From Octopus vulgaris (Eukaryota), in NCBI GenBank assembly GCA_951406725.2, contig OX597824.1, positions 96,100,001 to 96,164,000 on the forward strand: a DNA stretch of 64,000 nucleotides. Reading direction: 5' to 3'. The notes beneath the pieces are model-generated. The model saw only the letters and a program-made list of their open reading frames with translations, was not told the DNA's origin and ran no database searches. Positions 47,460 to 62,184 of the stretch are shown here, piece by piece. Positions within the stretch are counted from its first letter, which is position 1. Each line of letters opens with the position of its first letter. The translations under genes and the position numbers were made by a program.

Positions 47460-49939
47460 TTAAAAAAACATCCTTTGTCTAAATTTTACAGCAATTAAGA
47501 AATAATAGTAAACCAGCTAAAGATATAACAAAGAACTTACTGTAGGAATCCAGGAAAGAAAGGCTGCTAACAATCATCTGCTTCTTCCTCACACTAAAAT
47601 TGAATTTGAGAAATAAATATGATGGAGCTTGTAGTAAGAATATAACAGCAGAATTCACTTCAAAAGAATTTTTACAAATGCTGTTTGGTACTGATTTTTA
47701 ACAACGGCACAAAGCCACAAATCTGGTGTTGCACAGGGCAGGTAGCATATTAAATAATAATCTCAACACTAGACTCATATTTCACTGACACAAGAAGGAA
47801 GACAAAAGTGGCCTAAACCCCATCTTCAAAAGGGAGTCAGCAGACAATTTGTTGACAGGACAAATAACAATGTTACCACTAGCAGCTCGACAATTTTGCA
47901 CAAGTGTAAATGTAAACAAACAGATAGACACAAGCATATGCAACAAGCTTCTCCCATTTCTAGCAACCAAATCCACTGGTAAGGCTTTGGTCAATCCAGG
48001 GCAACAGTAGAAAACACTTGCCCAAGGTGCTACACACTGAGATTGAACCAGAAACTACATGGCTGGGAAGCAAACTTCTTAACCATGCAGATTTGTCTAC
48101 AAATCTGAAATTAGTTATAAAAGTTACACAACAAAAGATAAATGTAAAGTAACAAAAATAATCTATTTCATAACATCCATTTTTCCAAGATGACAAGTTT
48201 ATAATTCAAATTGTTTGTCTTTCATTGGTGATATTCCTCATTAACTTCTGTGAATATATTAACTGAGTAATTACTGTTTATGAACCAACACTAAATAGAT
48301 TATCTTTGACTAAATCCACTTAATATGTGTCCCTACTCTCTCTCTCTCTCTCTCTCTGGCAGGTTGTTTTGCTTAGAGCTTAAAGAACAAATGTCTGTTT
48401 ATCATCATCATCTTCGTTTAACGTCCGTTTTCCATGCTAGCAGCGGTTGGATGGTTCGACCGGGGTCTGGGAAGCCAGGAGGCTGCACCAGGCTCCAGTC
48501 TGATCTGGCAGTGTTTCTACAGCTGGATGCCCTTCCTAACGCCAACCACTCCGTGAGTGTAGTGGGTGCTTTTTACGTGCCAAGCAAGACTGGCAGCAGC
48601 CACAATCGGTTGGTGCTTTTTACATGCCACCGGCACAGAAGCCAGTCAAAGCGGTGCTGGTATCGGCAGAAATGGAAATTGCAATGGAGATAACAGTACG
48701 AGAACCGTACTAAGAGAAACATTATTAAGTAACAAGATGGAAAGTACTGCATTATAAAGGAAAACCGAATAAGGTTATTAAGCCCATGACAACAGTTGTT
48801 CATCAGGCAACCGGACTGCATCCTTAGTAATCATGTGGGCAGAGGTCAGCACTCTGCGCACGACAATGGTTCAGCACCTATTTACATCAACCAGTACAAA
48901 GCCAGGGCAGAGAAGGCTGTGCATATTTCTGCCACCCAATTCGAAGTAAATGCAGTGCATATAAATTTACATCAACCGATGTTATGGGGTTAAACAGGGA
49001 CAATAATAAAAGTAGCAGACTGTATGCAGTTTGTGTGAAATGGCCAATTTCTAAGACAGGTGTGATATACAAGGAAACTTTCGCCACCACCGAAAAAAAA
49101 AGAAGAAAGAAAGAAACACCAACAAAAACAAAAGCTTGCTGAAACTTCTGCCTTCATTTACAATAAGTGAAAAATGTTCAGAGTGTAAATTCATTTGTTT
49201 TATCAATAGAGAAAACAAGGATACCAGCAAACAAAAGAGACAGTAGTAGTAGTAGTAGTAGCAGTAGATAATAAACCTGGTTCACAAGTATTCCGTCTCC
49301 TCTAACTTTTCCATCATTACTCTAACAGCCTCTGTTTGTTGGAGGTGACTGGTCTTGTACCTCCACCATCCAAGCCCCCTCGACTCACTCATTCTTTTCC
49401 ACCACTCATCACCTTCCCTGGCCCCACACTCTTCACAATGCCTTCTCCTTTCACCCCAGAGCATCAGCCCCTGAGAATCTTCTTCCTGCCCATGTCTTTC
49501 CTTTAGTTGTTAACACATATCAGTTTGAAATGGATTATTAAGAGTACCACTGGCCTCAGAGATCCTGCAAAGACCATAAGCCTTGCTCCTTCCCTCACAC
49601 TCCGCAAGTGGGAGAGGATAAAGAAATAAAAAAAAAAAGAACCTCTAAGATAAAGCTAAAGCAAAGAGAAGACAGAAGACCAATGGTCAGAATGTGATAA
49701 TGGATATTGCTAGCAGGGGAAGAAGTGATTGTGATGCCAAATCAAGTCACAAAATTGGAAAATTTTATTTATTCTAAAACAGCAGACAGCTGAAAAACTA
49801 TATTGCAAACAATTATTTTTTTCTCTACCAGTCACAAAACCTGTGATAACTCTTCTGTGAGTGAATGAGCGCATTTATTAATGAAAATGTACTGCCTGCT
49901 TTAATTTTCAAAATAATCATGACTTAATTTTCAATTTAA

Positions 49940-50136
49940 CCCTTTGCTTGTCCAAAGCATTTTCATAGGTTTGTTCTAAGCATTCAGACTTTAGTCAGGC
50001 TCGGTTTCATACATTGTGAGTAATATAAAATTACCTTTATAACTCTGGTGGTTGAAAAAACATTGGGAATGTGCATGCCATGGAAATATGCCCCCCACCC
50101 CTGTATCATATGTGACACACATGACAGGCCAAGGGG
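49940..50136. mobile_element. piggyBac-type MITE (different family)
   Basis: ttaa-ccctttgcttgtc ... gacaggccaagggg-ttaa. Confidence 0.65.
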
Positions 50137-52056
50137 TTAATAAAAGACAAAATGTTTGGCTAATAAAATCTAATATCTATTATGTAACAATGAGGTTTCA
50201 GTGAATATTTAAGTTTCAATTTAAACACTAGCAGTTGTGGACATGTTGGGTTTTTTTTTAAAGAATTAGACGAAATATCAAATTAAATATATTTCTGAAG
50301 TTTCATTTTTTGTTCAGACATTCACACACACATTCTGAATTTTTCCAAATCAACTGAAAAATCACTTTTAATTAAAAACAAAATACTTACATATACAGTA
50401 TTTTCCAGCAGGAAGCTTCTTGAGTTTAGAGACCTTAATAGGAGGGTCAAAAGTTATGATTACTTTTTGAAGTTGCAATATCAATAAATGAATTGTTAAT
50501 ATTGTTAATTAATCTCATTTACATCAACCCAATCCAAGCACATTTGAGAAGTAATTCTTTTTTTATTTATACGTGTGTGTGTGTGAGTGTATGTGTATGT
50601 GTGAGTGTGTGTTTTCATGTACTGGGAGTAGGTTATATTCTGAAACAACAGTATCAAGCAAGAACTATGACATTAAAAGCCAGCTTATTTAATCACAAAA
50701 ATATAAACATAATAACAAAAAAAGCAGAATTATTGAAAGCAACAAGTTTTTTGCATTATAACAGGGAGACGAAATCTAAAAGTAGGTTTACAAAATTAGA
50801 TTTAATAACAATTAACTTTGCAATACAAACAATAACTAAAGACTATCAAGAGATATTTATATTTAGGCTTAGAAAGGATTATATATACATATATATATAC
50901 ATTCCTATTAAAAGTAAGGTCTCAGCAAAACAATAATGAAGAATATAACAAATAAACTGCTCAAGTCAAATATTACCTCTTTAGCAATTAATATAAAAAA
51001 AAAAAAAAAAGATCAATAAATAAACCACACCCACAGGAGTCAACTTTAAATCTCATCTCTTCAGGGTCGATAAAATTAATAATAATGATGATATGTTGGA
51101 CTGGTTTGTTGACTACACTCCCTTCTCTAGAAAGATTGGCCCTGTGCCAAATTAAATATAAAAAAAAAAAATCACCCCTTTAATAAATAAATAAAACAGA
51201 CAAAATTATTAAATAAAAAAAAAAGGGAGTGGAAATCAGAATACAACAGTTAATATCCCACAAACTACTGTATAGCTCCCCAAAAATGTTATTAAAAATA
51301 GAATGCCCATGTTTCTAAATGTAAAAATAGCAGGTGGTTATAGAAATAAATAAAACACAAAAAAAGATAGAAAAATAAATGGTTATATAAAGCAGACTGG
51401 TAGAAAGCAGTTCATATATGACAAAGCTGACTGACTTCTGACTTATAACATGCATAGCTGATAAGTAATATAAAAGCCAAGAGATATCAATAATAATAAT
51501 AATAATATATAGTCAAGATTCAGATCATGCAACACTTGAAAGCCAAAATTAATATTGAGAAAGGTGGAGTGAGAAAGACATCTACATCAAAACTTCATGC
51601 TGCTGGAATAAATGCCTTTTAAACCAGATTGAAGAACAATACAAAAAGCAGAACTATCAGAAGTTTTAGAATCTTCGAGGAAAGTTGGACACAAACCATT
51701 AAATTCAGGGGGCTTGTGGTGTCTCAGGCTCGCCGACGTGAGCACCGTGGACTAGAGCATAAGCAATTCACTCCTACAGAGAAAAACAGGCCTGGTGTAA
51801 ACATGATTTCACATTATGTCATTTCTTTGAAAGAGAGTTAAAGAAAACTCTGTGGCTGAGAATTTAAAATGTACACGTGTGTGTGTGTGTGTGTGTGTAT
51901 GAGAGAGAGAGTGTGTGTGTGTGTGTGTATATACATGTGCACACATATTAAATACAATTGTACATAAGATATATAAAACTAAAGCTATTGCAAGAAAAAA
52001 CAATGCCAATATATAAAATAATGAAATATAAATAATATATACAAATAATATAAAGA

Positions 52057-52089
<33 letters not shown>

Positions 52090-52970
52090 ATAATATCTGC
52101 ATATCACCGAGAGGACAATCAGAAAAGAACTCTGAGCAAAACCTTTAAAATGCAAACAATATAAAATGCGCAGTCTCATTAAACCCAGCCTGAACTAATT
52201 AATTGAATATATGGATCCACTACATTCTTAAAATTAAAAAAAAATTGTTATATATAAATATATAAACTGGACTCCACCCACAACAAACCCGTTCTTTTCA
52301 TTCAAATTTACCACATTCACCTGATACTATCGTATACTAAGATAACAGACCCAACAAAGTTTTTACATCCATAACACTTCGCCACCACCGAGCTTTTCCC
52401 GGTCCCTTCCACAAGTATCATCAATCTCGGCTCTACAAGCCATCTCTATCTTCCTGTCAGTTTCACTCAGTAATATCCCCTAATCTTATACTCATCATTT
52501 TTCTCAGATCATTCTGTAACTCCCTGTCTGTTTGCATTTTCCCAACAATCTGTAACAATACAACTTGAACTGCCTCATCTACCTTCAACCAGTTACCTCC
52601 ACCAGGCGACTGTAAGATAATGCTATTGCTCATCCTAAGACTAAGCGATTACAAAGTCAGTACGGACTGAATTCAGCAGTGACCACACTATCCCCATTAA
52701 ATCTTTTGTAACAACAGCAAGGTAAAAACAAACCTGTTTAAATCCATATTCAGTTTCTACTGATAGGCAGAGTTTGGTCACTAAGATATCAGTAATTAGC
52801 ACTAATTAATCAGCTATTTCAACCAGTTTAAACATACAATACAGAGCTGATATTACAAGAAACACGAGCAGCATTTTATTATCTTTTGCATTTTGAGTCA
52901 GAGAGGTTTCCATTATTGACATCTACAAGAAATACAATCGTATTTCTACCACTGCATACTCATCTTCGAG

Positions 52971-53028
52971 CTAATAATCCAGTATTGACGAAGGGATGAT
53001 AGTACTGACCGCCAGTGAAGTTAGTTGA
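52971..53028 (-). CDS. YY1: Candidate YY1 terminal coding exon
   Basis: gctttgcttcag acceptor; phase-compatible QLTSLAVSTIIPSSILDY* (TAG at 52973-52971). No homology support. Confidence 0.5.
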
Positions 53029-54687
53029 CTGAAGCAAAGCAATAAATCTAGTGGAATGTCAAGTTTTAAACCTATAATGAGTTGTGTCCAGGACTCTAAA
53101 CATTTATTAATCACAGCACACATATAAAACATAAATATTACAAGTGATTGGGTAACGTTTTGATTTAAATCAGAAAATGAAAGGTAATATCATACTGACA
53201 TGTTTGTTTTTAATTGTTTATAGTAATTAAATCAACAACTTTTAAAGTAATTCATATTCTTAACGACTGCAAAGCCTAAACCTCAAATCAACTACATAAC
53301 TCTAATCAGTTATTTAAAGCATTCGTTATCCATTATTTTCTTCTCTTATGTAGATTAGTTAAAACTTGTAAATTTTTTTAATGACTATTTTATAAGTGAA
53401 CACTAATTATAAACATGAATAGAACCCGTTTGATGAGGGTTAGAACCAAACCAATGCTACATTCATCAAGAACCAGACAATTATATGCATACAATCTCAT
53501 TTCAATTCTTTATTAAAAAAGTAATCAATGTTTGAATTATTAATACTAACAATTTTCCTCTTTTTAATAAACTAACGACACCCAATATATATTACCTAAT
53601 CAAAATTTAGCAATTTAACTCGCTAATGAAATGAACTAAAAAAATTTTTTTAAAAAAGCCATCCATTCCATACTTCAAGATGGAATAAAAAAAAAAAACT
53701 TTCCAAACAGAAAACAGGACCAATTTGTATAATACAAACATTCTAAACACACAACTTAGAAGGTTTTTTTTTTTTTTTCATTTGTAGTTTGTGTGTGTAT
53801 GTAAGTGTGGAATAAAATTATTATACATCATATACCCGATGGCCTCATCACAGAAATAACAGGCTAAAAAGTTTAAAAGGAACACAAGATCCACCCTCAA
53901 CCGATACTTTTGAAGTAATTTTCTTGAAGCAAAGTAAGCAAGGGGCAAGCAGAAGTGAGAGAGGTTAGTGTACAATGAAACCTCAAACCATTAATTCCGG
54001 AAGCCTAACAGAACAATGTTCAGATTTCAATTCTAATTTCTCGTAAAATGCATCATTTTCATTTAAGTAAACATGCAGAAAAATAAAACCCCAACCCCTC
54101 TATGGAATTTTAAACTAAAAGGTTAACTTCGAAACAGAGCAACTTGTATGCTAAATAAAACATAGGATAAAACAATTTTTATGGTTTCTATCTAGTTTAG
54201 AAGGAGAAAAAAAATATATAACTGAATTATTTGATCAATGTAAACAGTAAAGATTAAAAAAAGAAAATTATTAAATCAGTTTTAGTGCTTGAAAAAGGGA
54301 AGTAGATAAAACATACCATGCAAAAACAGATTACGGTATTTAAAGATTTAAAAGAAAAATTCCAATCACAAGAATGTGGAGAGAAATCATAAGAAGAGTT
54401 TACAGTATAGAAATAGAACTAAACCAAACTTATTCTAAAGTTAATAAAGAAAAGAGAGGAGCAAACCTTGAAATTCAAAAAATAAAGTGAAACATAGAAA
54501 CTATGTGTTATGAACAGTGATGTAAAAAAATAAATTGAAAAACAAACATCTAAGTATGAAATCTAATTGAAATTTATAAAAAAAAATAAATAAATAGGTA
54601 AAACAATGAATTAATTAAACTAAATAATAAAACAAGAATTAAAATGAAAAACCAATTCCAATTTTAGAAGTTTAAGTTTAGGAACTG

Positions 54688-54718
<31 letters not shown>

Positions 54719-57700
54719 CTGACAAAAACATTTTACATTTTCTTTATAAAATCTTTAATGAAAAACGAATGCAGGGTTGATTTTCAACTGCCTAAAAACC
54801 TAATCTGTATTCCAAGATTAACTTATAAACATTTAAAAATAGACATCGTCATCATTGTCGTTTAACGTCCTCTTTCCACGCTGGCATGGGTTGGACGGTT
54901 TGACTGGGGACTGGCAAGCCAGAAGGCTTCAGTCTGATCTGGCAGTGTTTCTACAGCTGGATGCCCTTCCTAACGCCAACCACTCCAAGAGTGTAGTGGG
55001 TGCTTTTTACATGTCACTGGCACAGGGGCCAGTCAGGCAGCACTGGCAACGACCACGCTCAAATGGTGCTTTTTACGTGCCACTGGCACAGGTGCCAATC
55101 AGGTGGTACTGTCATCGGCCACGACAAAAGATGACAATGTAAATTATGAGAGTCTATGCAGGTTGTTTTGGTTATTCTATTCAATAATGATTACCTATGA
55201 GATCCCTTCTTCATCATTGCTTTCACCTTATTTTAAAATATAAACAAAACCTAATTCCTCAGAAGACAGCAATGTGGGAATAATCACAATCTTTAAGAAA
55301 CCATTATAGCATTTCAAGTCCATAAATATCTGAAGATATTGTTTTTCTTACTTAAAGGATTGCTATTAAAGAACCTATGTAGATAGCCTCACAGTATTTC
55401 TTTTGACCTTTCTATATTCTATATACTAAACAAAAACAACTAACAACCATCATCATCATTTAATGTCCGTTTTCCATGCTAGCATGGGTTGGATGGTTTG
55501 ACTGGGGACTGGCAAGCCAGGAGGCCACACCAGGCTCCAATCTTATCTGGCAGTGTTTCTACAGCTGGATGCCCTTCCTAATGCCAACCACTCTGAAAGT
55601 GTAGTGGGTGCTTTTTATGTGCCAGTCAGGCAGCACTGGCATCGGCCACATTCGGATGGTGCTTTTTATGTGCTACTGGCACGGGGAGCCTGGCATCGAC
55701 CATGTTAGGATGGTGTTTTTTACCTGTCACCGGCACGGGGAGCCAGTCAGGTGGCACTGGCAATGACCCAAGTATGCATGGTGCTTACTGCATTCCACCA
55801 GCACAGGAAGCCAAAATAAATATGCTTTTCTGCAGATACTGGTGCCATGCAACAAGCACCCGTGCTGGTGGCATGTAAAATCAGAGTGGTTGGTGTTAGG
55901 AAGGGCATCCAGCCATAGAAACCAAGCCAAACCAGGCTGGAGTCTAGTGAAGCTCCCCAGCCTACCAGCCCTGGTCAAACCATCCAACCCATGCCAGCAT
56001 TGACAACAGACACTATATGATGATTCTTATAACGTAATTGCCAATTGTTATAGTTTCCAAAACCTACAGAAAAATAAATGGTGGATGAGAAGGAATTGAA
56101 CTTTTGCATTCAAATAAAATGAACACTATACAAGGACAGGTGAAGGCATCAACATCAGCTTCTAATTAGGAATGACAGATCAAATACAAGGTGACTCTAC
56201 AAACTGGTATTCAAGGAATGGTACTATGCCTATAAACAAATTGCTGAATTAGACACAAGTCTGAATTGAATATGAATTTACAACTTGATCAAACTGAATA
56301 TTTTCAATGTTTCTTAAGCAAAATGGGATTTCTTCAGATCAAAGTTTGAACCATTTTTATAATAATTTTAAATTGTAAATTTTAGGATCAGTTGAAATGG
56401 ATGTGACCTAAAAAAAAAAAATTTTTTTTAAATAATAAAAAGGCCACAGGCTTTGTCAATGTATTCATGTTGATAGAGAGTGAGAAATTTTGAATGCAAG
56501 CAAGATTGGATTTGAGATAGATCACAGGCAAAGAAGGTATTGAAATTTGATTGAAAAAGAGTAGCAAATGGGAAATGAATTTTGTAAAATATAGAAAATA
56601 ATAATGCATTGAAAACTAGTATGAAAATGAGATTTCATTAATAATTAGCAATTATAATAAATTCTCTCCAAATTATTCATAACAGATGAATTGAAACTGT
56701 TACCAGATAATGTGAATTAAAGAAGCTATTTTACACTCAAATTGAGTATGAAACTTGACTCTGACCACTCCAAAATGTCTAAGTTAGAAAGAGTTTCACC
56801 CCAGCAGAAAGAAATTGCTAACAATTAATTTGGTCAGGAATGCGTGCACTTCAAGCATGAGAGTGAAGATGATTTGGTTTTACAGAATGGATATAGATAC
56901 TAAATGTTATGTTAACCTAACAGGGCTTTGTACACACTGTACTGTGCACAAAGTTCAGAGAATATTTGGCAGAAAAGTTTCAGGTTAAGGCCATTGCAAG
57001 CAGTTTGCAAAACAACCAGAGAGGTGTCTTGAGGCAATGTGCCGTGCAAAGGATTAAAAATTCAGCACATAAGATTATTAAGTGAATGCAAGTACATGCT
57101 ATTTGCCAAAAATAGGTGATTCTGAGAAACAAGTTGTAGCCTCAAAAGAAGACAAAGTGTGAGAATGATTGTTAACTTGTGTAGCTAGCATGTTGATGAG
57201 TAATTAATTTGATAGAGTTTATTTCAGGTTTAAATTTCTATTAGAGCTACCAAACTATTTCATTTGGAGATTAAAAACATGAAATACTTAAATTTAACTA
57301 ATGTTAATAATTCTTGAACTGTACAAAAATAGGGGGGGGGGGCATTATCTAGAACCCTTTTGGGAAGCATACCACCCACTTTTATCTACCTAACTGAAAA
57401 ATAAGCATACATCCCTAATGATGACGTGTAAAGCATCTAAATATAAAACTCTTGCTCTAAATCCCTACACAAATACTAGAATTTATACACAAGTCTCAAT
57501 ACAGAATTTATAACAGATTTTTTTTAATTTAGTATATAAAAATGGAATTTAATTCTATCCAAGTATATGATTTACAGCAGACTTATTCATTAAAAAAAAA
57601 AGTTAAGCATTGACACAAGCTATGTAAACTGAAATTCTATTACTAGATTTAAAATTTAATATTCAAGGCCCTGATTAATTGCAAACAAAGTAGTATGAGT

Positions 57701-58190
57701 GAAAACAGAATTATCGCTTTTAAATTGAAACTAACTGTGGCATTACTAATTGCTATGATGTTTATTATACCAACATCTATTTTACAAAATATGCTAATAT
57801 ATATAAATCATCGCTTTTGGATCTGCTTTTTCTTTGCTGGTATATATACATTATTTAAAACCTTACACATTATCTTATTTGATATGAAGTGTTTTATAAT
57901 CTAAGATATACATATATTTCACTGTGAGTTTCTTTTTCTTTGCATCAGAAATAAATAATATAAAAAGAACAAAGTTTACTCAGCTGAAACTTATAAAAAA
58001 AACAATATTTTTAGGAAAATATCATCCTGTACACATGTCCAAAAAGAAAACAAAAACTCATTAGAAAGAAGAGAACATTACCAAATGACAAAAACAAATA
58101 GAAAATTAAATGAAACACAACACAGTTATAACAATGGAGTGTAATTAATTAAAAAGAAAATGATGATGCTTAAAACACAAGGAAACTTAC

Positions 58191-58253
58191 CCATCATCAT
58201 AACTACATATGCCAATTCCCTGCATTAAATTCAGTTCATCTGCACATCTCGTT
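58191..58253 (-). CDS. YY1: Probable YY1 post-finger exon
   Basis: ttgcag/gtaagt-bounded 63-bp exon, open in the required phase: TRCADELNLMQGIGICSYDD(G). Confidence 0.65.
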
Positions 58254-58403
58254 CTGCAAATGTTAAAGCATATGTGAGTAAAAGCAATACATCGTTTGAC
58301 ATTAAGCTATCAACAATAATCAAAAGAGAAAATCTGTAGAGAAGCTCTGCTAATTGATAAACAAGGTGTTTGCTACATTCATTAAAGGCAATTTTTTTTT
58401 TTA

Positions 58404-58703
<300 letters not shown>

Positions 58704-58887
58704 TTATATTACTGCATTGAACTTTTAGCAAAGATCAAAGGTGACATCACCAGTTTTATATATTAAATGTCCACATCTACCTGCCAGCAAATTAACCCGA
58801 GGAATCACTGTTATACTTTTCTTTTTCTCCTCTCTAGTTTCAGCTCAGAACTGCGGCCATGCTGATGCACCGCTGTTAAAGTATATA

Positions 58888-58944
58888 AGGTCTCACCGAG
58901 ACACGAACTCGGATCGTTGGATTCAGAGTCCAGATTGCTAACCA
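58888..58944 (-). pseudogene. 5'-truncated tRNA-Gln(CTG) fragment
   Basis: TGGTTAGCAATCTGGACTCTGAATCCAACGATCCGAGTTCGTGTCTCGGTGAGACCT matches the 3' three quarters of metazoan tRNA-Gln(CTG); the 5' acceptor strand is absent. Confidence 0.8.
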
Positions 58945-59341
58945 ACGTCAGTTTTTCTATGGATTGGCTGGAAACTTATCTGGGGCAATAATTTTCCATC
59001 TAAATACTCATCCTATTTTACAAGTAAAGGAGTTTCATTCCATTACTTTAAAAGTGCATAGCTACATCCTGTAATGTTCATTGGGAATATAAACAACATG
59101 ACATTGTCTTTTTAAGTTCAAACAAACTCATGCAAGAAGCAGAAATATGACAGCTTTCATATATATGTGTTTGTGTGTATACACATACACGATTTAGTAT
59201 CAAAAGGGTTACCAGCTGTTTTCCACTCTAGCACGACATGATTTCTACAAGATACAATTCCTGTCACCAACCCTGACTAATCTTTGTGCTGAGAGATTTA
59301 TATTCCAGAGGAAATTAATAACTGCAGCTACATGATCAGTT

Positions 59342-59377
<36 letters not shown>

Positions 59378-59836
59378 TAACAATGCACTGGTCTGCAGCA
59401 GATAAGAACAGCATGGTTTTAAAAGTATTTGGTGAGTTATCCATCAAAGCAAAACTGTACCAAAAGTAATAATTCTATAATAAATCATGTAAATAATTCA
59501 ATTTTAATAAATCCTGTAAATAAATAAATCTAGGCTCACAGCCTCTCAGTTTATAGGCCAGGCTTTTTTCCCCAACAATCCAAAATAATGCCTTTTCCAC
59601 ACCAAAACATCACTCAGAACAACAGAATTATCTCCCTTCAACTATCTAACCCGATTACCATTCACTACCAATGGCTGCCACGAAGATATATAAAAAATGG
59701 TAAAAATTTGTAAAAGAAAAATAAAAGATTTAGATTGAGGATGCACACGAGCGACATTTTGTTTTAATTCCATTTTTAGCAAAGATATGTAGATTTTCAG
59801 CTCTAGTCAAGAAATACTAAATGTCTAAGTAATTTA

Positions 59837-60100
<264 letters not shown>

Positions 60101-62126
60101 TCAAAGTTACCTGATAATATGCCTTTATCCTTACCTGTGGTAAGGATAAAGGCATACAAGTATATGTGTGTATATACACCCTCTTTATAATGTTGGCAAA
60201 CGAAATAGAGATAAGGATGTGCATTGTCCGTTTGATTGGAAAATTTCTATAATTGGCTGAAGATTGCTCGACATTTTAAAACTCATGTAATACTTAGTGT
60301 TTAATAAAATGAAATAGCATGAAACAATTGTACCACATTACCTCGGATATACTTGTTGCTTATTTTGATTATATAAATACTAATTTGATGTAGAATATCA
60401 TGTTTGAAATTTTTTTTTTGCCAGGATATGTCAAATTTATTGAAGCAGAAAATACCAATTCTATTTCTTGGTAGATATTTTTAATGATTACTGGAATACT
60501 CATGGAATTTAATTTTGCTCTTAAGAATTATTCATGCTGTCCAGAGGTACTTTGAGATTGCACCAAAGACAATTTTACAAGTATTTTAGAATGTAAATTT
60601 AGAAAGAAAGCTTATTCTGATTTGGTCGTAAACACAAACTAGCACAACGAGAAAGCTCATAATTCATAGAAATAACTTTTAAGATTTTAGAACCTGTTGA
60701 GACAATGGCCTGAGATGTTGACACAACAGCTCAATAATGTCTTTATGCATTCATCATTATCATCATCTTCTAACGTCTGCTTTTCCATGCTGGCATGGGT
60801 CAGACAGAATTTGTTGAAACAGGTTTTCCTGTCTTGTTTCCAAGGTAATAATTCTACATGACCAGGCTTGTTTCCATGGGAGACTGGAAATGAAGGACAC
60901 TGCTCAAGATAACGAGACAGCAACACTCACACTATATATATATGTACAACAACAGGCTTCTTTTAGTATCTATCAAATCCACACAGAAGGCTTAGGTTGG
61001 CCCAGGGTGATAGAAGTAGACCACAAAACCATGCAGTGGGACTGAGCCTGACAAGTTTACTTTAAAATACAATGTGAATCACCTTTTATATTTGTATTTA
61101 TTCATTTATTCTTTTACTTGTTTCAGTCATTTGACTGCTGCCATGCTGGAGCACTGCCTTTAGTCAAACAAATCGACCCCGGGACCTATTCTTTGTAAGC
61201 CTAATATTTATTTTATCTATCCTTTTTTGCTGAGCCGCTAAGTTACAGGGACATAAACACACAATTGGTTGTCAAGCAATGGGCGGGGGCAAACAAAGAC
61301 TGACACACACACATGACGGGTTTCTTTCAGTTTCCGTTTACCATATCCACTCACAAGGCTCTGGTTGGCTCAAGGTTAAAGTAGAAGACACTTGCTCAAG
61401 GTGCCACACAGTGGGACTGAACCCGGAACCATGTGGTTGGGAAGCAAGGTTCTTACCGCACAGCCACTCCTGCACCTTATTTGTAAGAAATTTTTTAATA
61501 AAAATTCACAAAACAAAACTAATATTATTTTTGCCGGTCCCAGTTGTTTAAGTCAACCCATTCATGTGCAATACCTATAAGAGTTCAGTCAATCATGATT
61601 GTAGACTGCTTATTTATTTTAACGATGATAAGCAAAGTCAATCAGGGTGGGATTTGAACTCACAAATATAACCAAATATAAGAAGGTATTTATCCAACAC
61701 TACCAATTCTGAAATATATACTTCTTTAAAATTTAAGATGAGTTACTATAATGACAGTAGCATCTTCAGGTACTGTGTCAGGGAACCATTCCCTGTAAGC
61801 AATTTTAATATACATTCCCCTTCCAAGTATCAGTTCTGAGAGCTTACTCTCTCTTTGCAACCACATATGACTGCTTGTATGTATTTGCCTGTGAGATCTA
61901 CTTTAAAACTACAGAATAACCCTAGCTCAACAATGCTTAAACTTCATAAAAAACAGAAAGCCAGTTATAATTAATGAGCTGTGTCTGATACTGCTAAAGG
62001 ATGCAAGTTGGATGAAAATATTACAGTCAACATCTCTTCTCTTCAAATTAGGAATTTTTTTTTAATATCAATTAATTGAAGGTTATTGTTATTTACAGAG
62101 ACAAAAAGAAAAAAAAAAGTGGTTAC

Positions 62127-62184
62127 CTTATGAGGGCAGGGCACTGTACGGGGAACATCATCAGTAGGCTTTCTTGGTTTTATT
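62127..62184 (-). CDS. YY1: YY1 exon (linker into zinc finger 1)
   Basis: IKPRKPTDDVPRTVPCPHK; ttttag/gtaac; matches YY1 KPRK...PRTIACPHK. Confidence 0.92.
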
